From the human T2T-CHM13v2.0 reference genome, Homo sapiens: a stretch of DNA of 64,000 nucleotides. This document shows positions 21,285-42,165 of the stretch, piece after piece. The translations under genes and the position numbers were made by a program. The stretch lies in NCBI RefSeq assembly GCF_009914755.1, contig NC_060936.1. One strand, given 5' to 3'. Under the pieces are notes generated by a model. That model was not told where the DNA came from and ran no database searches. It saw only the letters and a list, made by a program, of their open reading frames with translations. Numbering within the stretch: the stretch's first letter is position 1; every line of letters begins with the position of its first letter.

Positions 21285-21815
21285 AGTCATAGGGGAGAAA
21301 AAGTAACATCTTTTTCTCACCAATTGCAAGGTTCATGGCTGAGGCCCTTATAACAAAACACAAATTAACAAGAGAAAACCATACAGATGTATTTAACGTA
21401 AGTTTTACATGACATGAGAGCCTTCAGAAATGAACACTCAAAAAACAGAGAAATCTATGTAAATTTTGTGCTAAGCCTCATGAAGTGGATAGTTGTGAAA
21501 AAAAAAACATGGTTAGACAAAAAGCGATATGATCTAATGATAATAACCTAATGAGACTTAGCAAGGCCTGTTTGTTCAGGTTCTTCTTGGCTTCCCTGTA
21601 CGACATTCTTTCCTTTTGGGTATAGAGCAGGACACCTGTCATAGGAGAGTGTTCAGAGGAGAAAGGAGGAAGAAGGTCAGAGATGACCTTCCTAGATGCT
21701 ATGGCCTGCTTCCGGTAAGAAAGGCAAGAGAAAGATGAGAGTGGACTTCCCGTTTTTGCGGTTTTCTCAGTTCCCAAGGTGCCATATTTTGAGGTAGCAT
21801 TTCCTGCACCCCATT
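21285..21815 (-). mobile_element. MER34-family ERV1 LTR
   Basis: minus-strand start TGGGGTGCAGGAAATGCTACCTCAAAATATGGCACCTTGG typical of the MER34 group. Confidence 0.6.
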
Positions 21816-22799
21816 AAAGGCATAAAAAGTTTCCTGGAGTGACGTTCATGATAATTATTACTGCAACGTGGAATTGGAATTTTAAAAATTTTCATCTTTC
21901 TATAATTGTGATCTGTAGGAATTTTTGGTAATGAACATGTATCATTTTTACAAAAAATAGTAATTTTTCTTTAAAAAAATTGGGGACCCATATAGTAATA
22001 TGTAAATCTTAACAGTAGTTTATTTTGGGAATATGCTTTTAAGAATATGTATCATGAATTAATCTACTATTCTTTGAAAATGTCTGGGTTTTCTGGTGCC
22101 GAAGGTGGTAAAGTGTTTGTGTAACCCCACTTATAAGATATTATACTTTAAAACAATTTCAATTGGATGATCTACTTCTCAAAAAATAATTTTCCTAATA
22201 GATAATTTATGTTCCAATAATCTTTAACCACTAAACCCTTAGCAATTCTTTCTTTTCTTGGCAAACTGTAAAGACAAGTTTAGTTTTATAAACCTGTCTT
22301 TAAAACTTGTCTTTAAACTTAAATTCTAAATATATATGGAGAAATAATATGGAATAATATTTCCATATGTCTTTCAATCTAGAAATAAAACTTAAATTAT
22401 AGCCACCTTCAGGGAAACACCAATGAACAAAAAAAAAGTCTTTCAGCATCTCCTTATTGATGTTCATGATTTTAAAAAAGGGAATTAGAAAGTTGAAAGT
22501 ATGTTTAAAATTACTTTTAGGTTAAATAATTGGCTTAAAGATGTGTTGATTTGAAAACCAGATTGTCACAATGCCTAAGAGAAATAAACTTTTGCAATGA
22601 AAGCTGATGTGTTATATTCACTTGTCCAGTTGAATTTTCTCATTCAGTGATTACACGTGGTGTCCAGTGATTGAATTTTGAGGGTCTCCTCATGGCACTT
22701 TGTGCAAGAAACATGGTTATGAAAGCTGCCACGTTATTGATGTACTCTTTAATAACGTCATCAGTATTGGTAGAATTTTATGCAATAAATGAATGGGCT

Positions 22800-23320
22800 A
22801 TTACTGGATACATACTCAGAGAAATATAAATCTTTCTACCATAAAGACACATGCACACGAATGTTCATTGCAGCACTATTCACAATAGCAAAAACATGGA
22901 ATCAATCTAAATGTGAGTCAACAATAGATTGGATAGAGAAAATGTGATACATAGATACCATGGAATACTAAGCAGCCTTAAAAAAGAAGATTATGTCTTT
23001 TGTGGGAACATCGGTAGAACTGGAGACCATTATCCTTAGCAAACATGGGAACAGAAAACCAAATACTGCATGTCCTCACTTATAAGTGGGAGCTAAATGA
23101 TGAGAATTCATAAACACAAAGAAGGGAATAACAGACACTGGAGTCTACTTGAGGGCGGAAGGTAGGAGGAGGGAGAGGAGCCGAAAAAAACAATATTAGG
23201 CACTGGGCTTAATACCTGGGTGATGAAATAATCTGTACAACAAACCTCCACGACATGAGTTTACCTATATAAAAAGCCTTTAACATGTACCCCCGGAAGC
23301 TAAAATAAAAGTTAAGAAAT
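22800..23320 (+). mobile_element. L1PA/L1PB 3' end, antisense to CLEC4E
   Basis: aaagacacatgcacacgaatgttcattgcagcactattcacaatagc...acttataagtgggagctaaatgatgag...ctaaaataaaagtt. Confidence 0.9.
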
Positions 23321-23963
23321 AATGGATGGGCTTGAGACAGGAAAGTGTGGAGATGAATGTTCGCTTAGAATAAATTGACTATTGGACTCGGGTCCTAGCT
23401 GAGCAATAGATACAAAATCTGGTGAGATCCATTCAGTCAATTGAAAATAAGGCAGAGCAAAGGAAGCCCCAGGGATGGGTGGACTTGGTTACAGCCTGTT
23501 TGGAGCTGATGGCTGGCATGCCCTTCCCTAAGAAGGTGCAGTGGAGGCCTGTAGCCAGAAAGGCCACACCGGTATTCTGAGCAGGAATAAGTTTCATGAC
23601 TTGAAGAAGCTTCTTACTCATTATACAGGGGAGTAAAGAGACGATATATGCTTGGGCAGGAGATAAGAACGGTATGAAACCAAGAAGAGAAGACAGACTT
23701 GTCAGAAGCTAGAAAGAAGAGGACCTGCTACAGAGCCCGGATTCAGGAGATTTTTGGAAGGCACCTTCCAAAATCCCCTTCTTTGCTAGACTCTGTCTTG
23801 GCTCCGTGTCCCTGTACTTTCATACGAACACTAAAAAATGAGGCAAATGTAGCAAAAGGTAGTGAATTGCTTTGTAAATTCTGGGAAGAGGACCTGAGAC
23901 TAACGTAGAGAGAAAATGCACTTCAGCCAGTAACATGAATTATAACATTTAAAACTACTTATT

Positions 23964-23969
23964 TTTATT
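23964..23969 (-). terminator. CLEC4E: Candidate proximal CLEC4E poly(A) signal
   Basis: AATAAA on the minus strand ~130 nt after the stop codon. Confidence 0.45.
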
Positions 23970-24096
23970 TATATCAGAGTAACAAATACTTATGAAGTCC
24001 TTTGAAGTTCAGCGCACAAATTTCTCGTGTGGGGCGGTGGGTGTGGCCATGTTCTTGCTCTTCCTTCTTTACACATTTGAGTTGTGCCTTCTGTTC

Positions 24097-30258
<6,162 letters not shown>

Positions 30259-30261
30259 TTT

Positions 30262-30332
30262 TTCTCTCTCTTTGGTTTTTTGTTTCTCTCTCTCTCTCTC
30301 TTTTTCTCTCCCTCCCTCTCTTTCTTTCTCCT
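30262..30332 (-). repeat. (GA)-rich tract directly upstream of the CLEC4E ATG (5'UTR)
   Basis: tctctctctctctctctc...ctccctccctctctttctttctc. Confidence 0.85.
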
Positions 30333-30426
30333 CAGGAGTGTTTTGTTGGTAAGATTCAGGGAGAATGAATCTTGAAAGATAAACACTTTGTCTTTTAGGA
30401 AGTTCAGCTCCGATAGATGTAGAATA

Positions 30427-30711
30427 TTAACTTGTTCTGTGGCTACGCATTAAGTCAGGATTTCCTTTCTTGCATAAGGAGGACAAGGAAGTTTATTGGA
30501 CAGCATGTCAGTTCTCTTCACTCCATGTAACAACAAAATGAGGAAATTATGAAATGGGAAGCATCAACACAAATAGGCTAGCCATGGGGAAACAGGAGAG
30601 TTTTTTTTTAAATGTTGTTTCGTTTCGTTGGACCAAATGTCTCTAGTTTCTTCAAGACATAACTCATCCCCCAGCTTTTCCTTGACAATATGGAGCTCAC
30701 CTCTGCACTCT
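30427..30711 (-). promoter_or_regulatory. CLEC4E: CLEC4E proximal promoter (C/EBP, ETS/PU.1 and CCAAT motifs)
   Basis: TTGCATAA 30470-30477, AGGAAGT 30486-30492, ATTGG 30495-30499, AAATGAGGAAAT then TTATGAAAT ~30536-30556; Mincle is an established C/EBP-beta target. Confidence 0.65.
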
Positions 30712-30796
30712 GAATTTCACTTTGGATCTGTACCATCCACACATTTGGTAACTGAAAAGAAGACTTAGACAACATAGCACAAAGCTGGGCATATAG

Positions 30797-31137
<341 letters not shown>

Positions 31138-31470
31138 TCTTTTTCATCTTTTATGGTTTTTCTTTCTTCTTCATTTGCAGCTCTTGAATATTCTAATGTT
31201 GTGGATTTATGTCCCTCTTATCTTATGCTGACTACTAGGCTGCTACTACTAGGCTGACTACTAGAGTCCCCCTCAGCAGGACAGCCTCATGTGATTAGAC
31301 CACTTTGAAACTCAGCTTAGTTTTTCACAACATAACGCAGCTTCTGAAGTCTCAGAGACCCAGCAGGCAGTTTAATTCTCCTGTTCTCAATTATTTGGGG
31401 ATTTTAGTTCTATGTTACAGCCTACAGTAGGAGAAATGTATTTGAAGGTCAGAAAAAGCAATTTCAATTA

Positions 31471-31821
<351 letters not shown>

Positions 31822-32504
31822 TTAGATATGTGCCTTCTCCTTACTTAAAGACACTTAAGAATAAGATCACACTGGTCTCAGTTTATTTAAGTTCACGAGT
31901 CAGGAGGCATAAGTATGATGTACATGACTTGGTAAATCCCCACATCCAGTGACTCACGAATTTTCCATGTGTGAGAAAATATTCTTGTTCTCAAAGGGAC
32001 TTTTTATTATTTCAAGGTACTGGTCAATTTTCTCTGCATTCTCTGTTTTATAGTAATACAATTTTAAAAATATCTTTAAATTATATATGTGTATATTATA
32101 GAATATACCCATATTTAATATGTGTATTCTCAGCAAATAGCTTTTGATCAGTAAAAAAAGAGAAACTATCTAGTGGACGAGCTATATGAATTATAAAATG
32201 ATGAACATAATTACCACAGTCCATCTTTTATTAATTACAATCAACCAGCAACCATCAATATTACTAAACAATTGTATGTTAATTTTTATCAATATACAAT
32301 TAAACAGAAATCAATAAATTAATATTTTTTCCAGCCAAAATGTTTTTATATCTTTTGTTTCATTGATTTTCCCCAAATTATACGAGTAATATGTTTTATG
32401 ATTAATACTATGAAAAGCATGTGACAAGTAAAAGCCTTCTTAACTATCCTTAGTGCATTCTTCTAAAGTTGACCATGCTTAATGATTTCTTTTTTGGGGG
32501 GGGG

Positions 32505-33190
32505 GATTAATTTTTATTTATTTTTATTTATCTTTTATTACACTTTAAGCTTTAGGGTACGTGTGCACAACGTGCAGGTTTGTTACATATGCATACATGT
32601 GCCATGCTGGTGTGCTGCACCCATTAACTCGTCATTTAGCATTAGGTATATCTCCTAATGCTATCCCTCCCCCCTCCCCCCACCCTACAACAGTCCCCAG
32701 AGTGTGATGTTCCCCTTCCTGGGTCCAAGTGTTCTCATTGTTCAATTCCCACCTATGAGTGAGAACATGCGGTGTTTGGTTTTTTGTCCTTGCGATAGTT
32801 TGCTGAGAATGATGGTTTCCAGCTTCATCCATGTGCCTACAAAGGACATGAACTCATCATTTTTTATGGCTGCATAGTATTCCATGGTGTATATGTGCCA
32901 CATTTTCTTAATCCAGTCTATCATTGATGGACATTTGGGTTGGTTCCAAGTCTTTGCTATTGTGAATAGTGCCACAATAAACATACGTGTGCATGTGTCT
33001 TTATAGCAGCATGATTTATAATCCTTTGGGTATATACCCAGTAATGGGGTGGCTGGGTCAAATTGTATTTCTAGTTCTAGATCCCTGAGGAATCTCCACA
33101 CTGACTTCCACAATGGTTGAACTAGTTTACGTCCCACCAACAGTGTAAAAGCATTCCTATTTCTCCACATCCTCTCCAGCACCTGTTGTT
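32505..33190 (-). mobile_element. L1PA 3' end (~680 bp)
   Basis: ORF2 C-terminus LVQPLWKSVWRFLRDLELEI...CTRMFIVALFTIAKTWNQPKCPS...IGGN. Confidence 0.96.
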
Positions 33191-33876
33191 CAGCAATAGA
33201 TTCTTTGATTTCCCTTTTTAAATATCATCCAGGAACTTATCGTCTAAGTCCCTTTTCTAAACTATATTGCCTGTCAATATTTCAGGCAACTGAAAAAGAA
33301 TCAGTAAAAGCTGTAAACATCTATGCCATACGAGTATTGTTAGTATCTACTTTTCTTTGATGCCAAGAGAAACATCACTCAATTTTAGCCTTGGGGCAGA
33401 TTTATTTTTTGTCTTTTCATCTAACATGCAATCACTAACTGATCCCAGGGCTGCTGCTTCCCAGGTTGACGGCCAGCCCTTTACCCTTGAACTGCCATCT
33501 ATCTGTAAGCCACACTGCTGCCTTGACAGCTGACCAGAGAGAGGGGCCTATTCAGCTATAGGTTTAGCCAACTCCTCAGGGGAACCAAATTTATGGTGAC
33601 CTGTCAGCCACCTGACTGTGCATGCATTGGGTAACCCCATTTCACATTCTTGAGTATCTCCTTTCTATTCAAGGAGGGAATTCTGTGCATTTCATTTCTT
33701 GTTGGAATGATGATATGATATAAACAGGATGTTATGAGTTTTCAAATAATTTTATGTCCTTCAGTACAAAAAGCAGTTTCAACTAAAACCCAGTAACAAG
33801 CTAGCAATTCCTTTTAAATGGTGCTACTTCAAGCTGCAGCCAGGTAGCTTTTTATTACAAAAAATCCCACAGGCAG

Positions 33877-33890
33877 CCACTAGGTGGCAG
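33877..33890 (+). promoter_or_regulatory. Strong CTCF core motif in unique sequence
   Basis: gCCACTAGGTGGCAG matches CCASYAGRKGGCRS. Confidence 0.7.
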
Positions 33891-35689
33891 TAACAGGCTT
33901 TTGCCAGCGGCTCCAGTCAGCATGGCTTGACTGTGTGCTGCAGAAACTTCTTAAATCGTCTGTGTTTGGGACTCGTGGGGCCCCACAGGGCTTTACAAGG
34001 GCTTTTTAATTTCCAAAAACATAAAACAAAAAAAAAATACAAATGTATTATCTTGCTCAAAACTTCAGTCAAATTTAGCTTTTTTCTTGATAACTTTATT
34101 AACAGGGGTATGCCATTTCTCCACCACATTAACAAGCCAACATCTTTGCACCTCTTGCTTTCATTTTGGAGCTGGCAGAGACAATTACTTATTTTTGGTT
34201 GTCTGAGGGATGCCTCTCATCTCCCCTGTCCAGGTGATGCCTAAGAATTTTACCATTTCCCCTGGACCCTGTTCTTTAGTTGGGTTAATCAGCCTCATAT
34301 GATTAACAAGCATTATACAGTAATTCAATCTTTGCTAGATCTTCAAATTGAGTTAATATGACATTAATGCAGTTAATAATATTACTTTCTAATTGATCAC
34401 ATCTAAGTATCTTCTTGCCAAGTGCCGTGATAAAAAGGAGAATTTAAACAACCTTATGGGAACATAGCAAATGTATACTGGAATCCATCCCACATGAATG
34501 TGTATTAGCTTTGATTTTCTCCCTAAATAGAGATAGAAAATAAGGTTTTAGGCAAATAGATAACAGAATATTACTGTCTTTTAGCTTTTAGCAAAGCTTG
34601 AATTGTGATGCCATCTTGGGTACAGCTGATGCTGTTGGAAGCATGATTTTATTCAGTCCTCTCTAACATACAATTCATCTCCAGGATCCACCAAGTTTTC
34701 TTCTAGGCCATACTGGATTATTAAACAGGGAATCTGTGGGCATTAACATGACTGTGTCTAACTTATTCTTAATTAAAGCTGAAATTCTTCCTCCAGCCTA
34801 TTCTTAATTAAAACTGAACCCCCCATCCTATATTGTTTTAAAATAATCATTTGAATGTGCTTAAGCAATTCTAAGGGTTCCCATCTAGCAGGTCCAATTA
34901 AAAACAGGATGAAGAGAAGATTGGCAGTCTTTTCCAATGGTTTGGGTAAGGAAAGAGTCCTCCATTCAGACATCATGCTCATTTTTAAAATATATTCTAG
35001 TTGGACTGAGACAAAATCATACATTAATTTCATTCATAAATACCGTACTAATATGAGGGACTTGAGAATCCACAGGTTTTGGTATTCAAAGCAGGGTCCT
35101 CAAACCAATCCCCCACTGATACCAAGGGATGATTGTATCTACTTCTGGCCATACTATCACCTGCAAGTTTTCTGTATTTAATTATATTTCCCTTTCACTT
35201 TTCATTGGCAGGTTTAGGTGTGACAGTAGATTAAGTACCAATGTCCAGCAATCCAATAATGTTTCTTCATCATCCCTTACCATTTTACTCATACTGATGC
35301 GTATGGCCTTATGTCTTCTGCTGGGGATTGTGCCAAGAGATATTGGACCACATGTCACTCACCTTCCTCATAATCCTCTCCTTTACTTTGTACTGTTTTA
35401 GTCTGCACTGACTCTGAAGAGATTATGTATGTATATAATATACATACATACATATATATACACACATATACATATATAGAGAGAGCATGTGTGTGTGTGT
35501 GTAATCATCAGATTTTAAAATTCAGGTTAGGACAAATTGAACAAGTCTGTTGTGGACCTTCTTAAAGTTTGAGGAGCTGGTGGGACAGCCGAACAACCTA
35601 ATCTCTCACAGTGATCCATTAACATTTTAGTACTTCCCCCATCTATCTCCTCCCCTTTCACGCCACTTAAAAAATATTAGAAATAACTT

Positions 35690-36690
35690 TTAAACTACAT
35701 TTTAAATTTTGGAATAGTTTCAGATACATAGAAAAATTGTCACTATAATACACTGTACAGAAAGTCCCTATATGGCCCACATCCAGTTTCCCAATTATTA
35801 ACATCTTACTTTAATATGGCACATCTGTCATAATTAGTGAACTAGCATTGATGTATTATTATTAACTAAAGTCCTTTATTCAAATTTTCTTAGTTTTTGC
35901 CTATTTTTTTTTCTGTTCCAGGATTCCATCCAGGATCCTTGGCTATGACAGTTTCCCAGACTTTCCTTGTTTCTGATGACTTTGACAGTTTTCAGGAGTA
36001 CTGGTTGGGTCAGGTATTTTGTAAAATGTTCCTCGATTGGGGTTGGTCTGATGGTTTTTCATGATTAGGCTAGGTTTATGGGTTTGGGAAGGAAGACCAC
36101 CAAAGCAAGTGCCATTCTCATCGCAGAGTATCAAGGGTACCTACTATCAATACGACATCATGGTTAATGTGAACCTTGAACACTCGACTGAGGCAGTATC
36201 TGTCAGGTTTCCTCACTCTTGTCTCTCTTTTTAAATTGTGCTCTTTAGAAGGAAGTCACTATACATGGCTCATATTTAGGGTTATGCTCTACTTCCTTAA
36301 AAGTGAAATAGCTACACAAATTATTTGGAATTCTTCTGTATGAGAAAGGAGATTTGTCTATTTTCCCACATTTACTCATTTATTCATTTATTGACATCAG
36401 TATAGACTCATGGATATTTGTTTTACGGTTGGTTTGTAATCCAATGCTACATTATTTATTTTGTTGTTCAAGTTGTTCCAGCTTTGGACTGGGAGCTCTT
36501 TTGATTGGCTTCTGTGTCCCTTTGACATATGCCCATCATTGCATTTGAGCATTTTCTTACTTTCTGCCACTATAAGATGCTTCAGTCTCTTCTCATATAT
36601 GTTCTGTTCCAGTCCTAGAATCATCCATTTTGTCAAGGATCTCTGGTATCTTTTTGGAGACTAGTATTAGAAACAAAGATCTCAGTGCTA
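35690..36690 (-). mobile_element. Old L1 (L1MC/L1MD-type) 3' region
   Basis: ctgttccaggattccatccaggat, ttttcatgattaggctaggtttatggg, gttccagctttggactgggagctc. Confidence 0.7.
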
Positions 36691-37069
36691 AGTATTTCAT
36701 GCCATTTGAAATCAACCATCTGCACACTTCACTCAATATAACTGTCCCCATATTTTTCCACTTTGTTTACTCTTATTGTTCCCTTTCTTCTTAATAATTG
36801 AAACCTCCCTATCATTAAGCTCATTCTCAGGAGCTGAGCAAGGAGATCCCTGACAGCTTCCCCTACATCACGGGGTCTTTCCAACAATAAATCAAATAAG
36901 GTGCCCAAGCAGCAAAAGCACTTTTATCACAGCATCAGTTATCACCTGGGTGGGGAGGGTGGGGCATAGAGTTATGAAAAAGCTTAGCATGATTATATAA
37001 GGACTCCAAAATTTCTCACATTTTTAACATTTCAGCAGCCTCAAAAAAAGTATTTCCGTTAATATTTGC

Positions 37070-37560
37070 TTTTCAAATGGCACTATTAAAAAAAGAAAAT
37101 GAAAAGATAAGCCCCACACAGGGAGAAAATATTTGCAAATTACATATTTAATAAAGAACTTGTACCTAGAATATATAAAGAACTCTTAGAACTCAATAAG
37201 AAGAATGTAAACAATGCCATTTTTAAAATGAGAAAAAGACTTGAACTAGACACTTCAAGAAAGATATACTGCTGACAAATAAGTACATGAAAAGAAGCTC
37301 TACATCATTAGTTGCCAGGGAAAGCAAATCAAAACAATAATGAGATTTCACCATGTATCTATTAGAATGCGTAATTTAAAAGTTTGGCCATTCCAAGTGT
37401 TGGAAAGGATGTAGAGCAACTGAACTCTCACATGTTGTTGCTGGGAGTGTAAAATGGTACAACCACTTTGCAAAACCATCTGATGGTCTCTTAAAAAGTT
37501 AAACATACACCTAAAATTATATATACACATGACCCATTCCTTTCATTCCTGGGTATTTAC
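37070..37560 (+). mobile_element. Old L1 (L1ME-type) ORF2 3' fragment
   Basis: gaatatataaagaactcttagaactcaataag...gggagtgtaaaatggtacaaccactttg. Confidence 0.75.
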
Positions 37561-39351
37561 CCCCCAAAAAGATAATTTCATTTCTGGTGATATGCCCTCT
37601 AATACTTACTTACCTAACTGCAGCAAAATATGAAGCATCCTGTTGAGATATTGGTGTCGAGGGATAATAGAACATTCGTTAATCCAAGTCCTTGGATGAC
37701 TTTATGGAACACAGCTTTATGCCACCTCCTACCCCTAACTCATGTTGGATATGTAGTGTGAGCAAGAAATACATTTCCTATGGTTTTAAGCCACTGAGAC
37801 TTTGAAGTTATTTGTTGCCACAGCATAGACATACCTGTTGAATACAGTTACTATGCTGGAAGAGTTTCTCACTTCTCATTATTTTTTCACAATGTTTCCT
37901 GAGATTTAGTTTGCTTTCCTCCCCTTTCTCCCTTTTGACTTTTTCTCTCTTTTCTGTTCTGGTAATCACCACTTCCTCATACCTTCCATCTTACCCTCTT
38001 ATGCACTCTGGTTATTCTCCATCTTTGTCATCCTTCTACATGCATGCAGTCGTTTCCTATGATATCACAACCAGTTAAGGTACCAACGCCTATCACTGGG
38101 GGCAAATGTGGAGGTGTTGCTGAAGAAGAAGATGGGTAAGAGAAACAAGTAAGTTACTTTCTCCATCTTGCTGTGATTTATTAGAGAACAAGTTAGATTC
38201 AGAGTCCATACTCAGTCATCATTCAAAATCAATCATTGATTGAGAGTAAAAATACCTAAGTATCCAAACCACTTATGAGCTAACAATCAATCTACCCTAG
38301 CCCAATGTACTTCAGTGCAATAAGGTGTATTCTCCTTAAAAGAGATAAGAAGGGATATATAGAAGTGAAAATAAATGCTATACTGTTATAACAAAAATAT
38401 ACATCAATACAGAGGACTAATTAAGATAAAAATGTTATTTTTCCTTAAGACTAATGATATGTGTAGCAGGTCTAGACTGGCTAGGTAGCTTTGCTCCACA
38501 AGGTAATTCAGGGATTAAGGTTCCCTCCACCTTGTAGTTCTGCCATCTCTTCTTAATCTATTCTGGGAAAGAATTAAGCCCTAATGTCCCATGCATTTAT
38601 TTTATGTGATGTGATGCATTAACTTATTTTCCATGCACATAAAGTAGTAGCAACTATGTACTGTTCTTGAGAGAATTGAGAAAATGGTCACTCAGATAAT
38701 TTTCCTAAGGGAATTCTTTGGGAGCCATGTTGAGAAAGGCCACCTTAATGCATTTTGTCTTACTGGTCAAAGCACAGTCATTGCCATGTCCAGCCCACAG
38801 GAAACTGAAATAGAAGAAAGCAGGACAAACTCTTTCCTTTTAGGAAAAGATTATATTTGTTTCTCTACTAAGATATTGTAAAGCACTCAATCATAAAATG
38901 GGGTCTATACCTGGGTGGCCGACTGTCAAGAAGAAGGAAAAATGGATTTTGGAATATAACCAACAGTCTACCACAGAATTGGTCATTGGTGGGGTGGGGG
39001 GCGGGGGGGCAGGGTCAGATTACACATTGTGAGAAGTCTCCCATCTGGAAGGAATCTTTTACTGTGATGACTTCACACTGGTTCTATTCACAACTTTCTT
39101 GGCTCCTTCTCTCACTCAATCTAGCAGTCAGGTCCTGAGAATAACATTTTTGTTTAATCGCGAACCCTATTATATTTCTCTGTTCAGAAAAGTTGAACGA
39201 TCATACTGACACATCCAAGACAATAGGCTTTGAAGCAGTTTCCAGGAATTTAGTTGCTATTGCACCCCACAGTGTTTATCATCATCTAATACATATTTTA
39301 CCAACTGATTTTGATTATTGATTGTCTCTTCCAACTAGAATGCAAACTCTG

Positions 39352-39652
39352 GGCCGGGCGCGGTGGCTCAAGCCTGTAATCCCAGCACTTTGGGAGGCTG
39401 AGGCGGGTGGATCACAAGGTCAAGAGATCAAGACCATCCTGGCCAACATGGAGAAACCCCATGTCTACTAAAAATACAAAAAAAATTAGCTGGGCGTAGT
39501 GGCGAGCGCCTGTGATCCCAGCTAATCAGGAGGCTGAGGCAGGAGAATGCCGTGAACCTGGGTAGGCGGAGGTTGCAGTGAGCCAAGATTGCCCCACTGC
39601 ACTCCCGCCTGGGCGACGGAGCGAGACTCCGTCTCAAAAAAAAAAAAAAAAA
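39352..39652 (+). mobile_element. Alu (AluSc-like)
   Basis: full dimer, TSD agaatgcaaactc. Confidence 0.95.
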
Positions 39653-39914
39653 GAATGCAAACTCCATGAAGGCAGGATTGTTTTATTGTTGTGGTCACTT
39701 ACTCTGCTCTAGTTCCAATGCCTAGAACAAAGTTACAATAATAACTAGTGTTTGTACAGCATTTACTAAGTGCTTTGTAACTAGGATGATTATGTAATTT
39801 ATATTTCTAAGTGGGGCACTTTTGAGAGTAAAGAGAAGGCTCTATTAATAATTATGCCAGAATGATGGAAATAATGAAGACTGTTCCAAGCCAGCTAGGA
39901 TGCATGGCCACTCT

Positions 39915-40120
39915 GTGTGTAACTATTCTAGATGTTTTACATGTATTTCCTCATTTAATCTTCATTACAACACTTGAGGTAGTTACTGTTGTTATTCCCA
40001 TTTTACAGATAAGGAAACTGCAGCATAGACAGATTAAATAATTTAGTTAAGGTCACACAAGCAGTATTTGGGGAAGCCAGGATTTGAGTCCAGGAAGTCA
40101 GGGTTCAGTGCTCATGATTA
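39915..40120. mobile_element. MIR fragment
   Basis: ctcatttaatcttcattacaac...cccattttacagataaggaaactg...aaggtcacaca...gccaggatttga. Confidence 0.75.
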
Positions 40121-41689
40121 TCCTGATATAGAATAAAATATTTGTAGCTGAAAAGAATGAACCAGACATATCCTCTCTGATATTCTCTGTTGTTTCAAGT
40201 TCTCTCTATCAGGATATTCTGAAAACGGGTTATTCACTCTTTTCCTCCATAAAGAATAGCGTAACTACATGACTCATTAATAGCTCTGTCCAAATGAAAG
40301 AAAAATCTGAGAGCAATTTGGAGCTTAATGTGAAATGGTGTACTCACAATAGATTCATATATTAGCTCATTCAAATAAATCTATTCTAGGTATGGGTAAA
40401 TATAAAAGCAGATACAAATTAATTGAAAGCAATTTTATGTTTAGCATACCAAACAGTTAGCTTTTCATTGAGGAGTGCTCAGGCCTCAAACTCTCTATGT
40501 TTTGGGGTTGCTATCTGCCTCATGATGCAAAGTGGAGGATTTGACTTCCGGGAGGACAAAGTCATTTTCTCCTCTGAGAAAGCCTCCTACATAGTTGCCT
40601 TGTGATTTTCTAGGAATAGGAGGGCAGGGAGTGAGGCCTCATGAGTCCGGGCTTTCGGCTGAGGTCGAGAGAGAAGACAGGGATGGTAATCAGAAAATTT
40701 AGAGTGGATGTAGCAACCTCCAGAACTCATTGCTGTCAACTCAACCTGGGCATCATGACAAGCAGAGAAGTGGATTCTTTAATAACAATAATAAAAAGAG
40801 TTCAACCCTCCCCCCTCCCAGCCCCAAATACCAGATATTTAGATTATTCTGGATGATATTTTTACAATACTGACTAAAATTCTTTCCAACAAAATATAAG
40901 GTCCATTATATGTGACACATTTCTAAGGACATAGTTATCTCAAGTATAGAATTGATGTGGAGAGAAAGGGGAGTGAGACAGAGTAAGGAAAATTTATTCA
41001 TTTTTCCACTATTAGAGCCTAACACAATCATTATCTCAAGATTATGAGTGATTTTCTCTGGAAATTTTTGAACTTTCTCTGGAAATTTTTGTTGGAAATT
41101 TTTTCTAGAAAATCTTGTTTCTCAGTCTGTCAATGTCCAGATATCTCAATAATGAAGATATTAATACCCACATTCATAGCATTGTTATTTTTTTGTTAAC
41201 CATTACTCAAAATTATACTTGTCCAAGACCTTCAGAAAACGTATGTCTGGCTCAGGAGAAAGCACATGACATTGATATTTAATATTTAATACACCAACAG
41301 ACCACAAATTTTAAGCTTCCAACATTTTTACTTGAATTATGCTCACGTATTTTCTAGAGCTTTGAAAGAACACGGAAACAGATAATAGACAACGGCTTAG
41401 TCCTTTCCCCTCACTTAGAGATCTTAGCAGAGGAAGTACAAATGAAAAAACATACATCTTTGTGTGTCACTAGAGTTCCAAGTGAAGAGGGACAACATGG
41501 TAAATTTTGGAAGGTTCATGAATTTTGGAGTTAGACTTTCTGCATCCAGGCTATGCCGTCTAATTTGTTTTTCTCATTAATCCTCTCTTTCTTCACCTAC
41601 AAAAATAACGATAAAACGTTTTTCATGACCTTAGTAAAGTGATCAAGATTAAAATAACCAAAGTACATATATATCCACATCAAGAACGT

Positions 41690-42165
41690 CCTGATAGGGT
41701 GCACTGGAAAGAGCACACAATCTGTGGCATCCTTCCCAACAGTGCTTGAGCTCAATCTATTGATGAGAAAACCTCAGACAAACCCATATTGAGGGGGCAT
41801 TCTGCAAAATAACTGATGAGCACCTTTCAAAAGTGTCAGAGTCACAAAGACAAGGAAGAGCTAAGGAACCATCACAGGTTGGAGGAGACAAAGGAGACAG
41901 GACAACTAAATCCAAAGTGCAATCCTGGATTGGATCCTGAAGCTGAGAACTGATGGGAAAATTGGTGACATTCAAAAAAAGTTCTATATTTACTAGGAGT
42001 ATCATACCAAGGATAATTCCTTCATTTATTTTATTATTATGTACAATATGTAAAATATTATTATTTTATTATTATGTACGATATTAACATAAGGGAAAAC
42101 TGCATAAAGGGCAGAAGGGAAGTCTGTGCTATTTTTGCAACTCTTTTATAACTCTAAAGTTATCT
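41690..42165 (+). mobile_element. Old L1MC-type 3' fragment
   Basis: cagacaaacccatattgagggggcattctgcaaaataac...gatattaacataagggaaaactg. Confidence 0.65.

Noticed and set aside
33760-34050. A-rich end suggesting a retrocopy around the CTCF motif
   Set aside because: No convincing TSD, poly(A) signal or coding similarity
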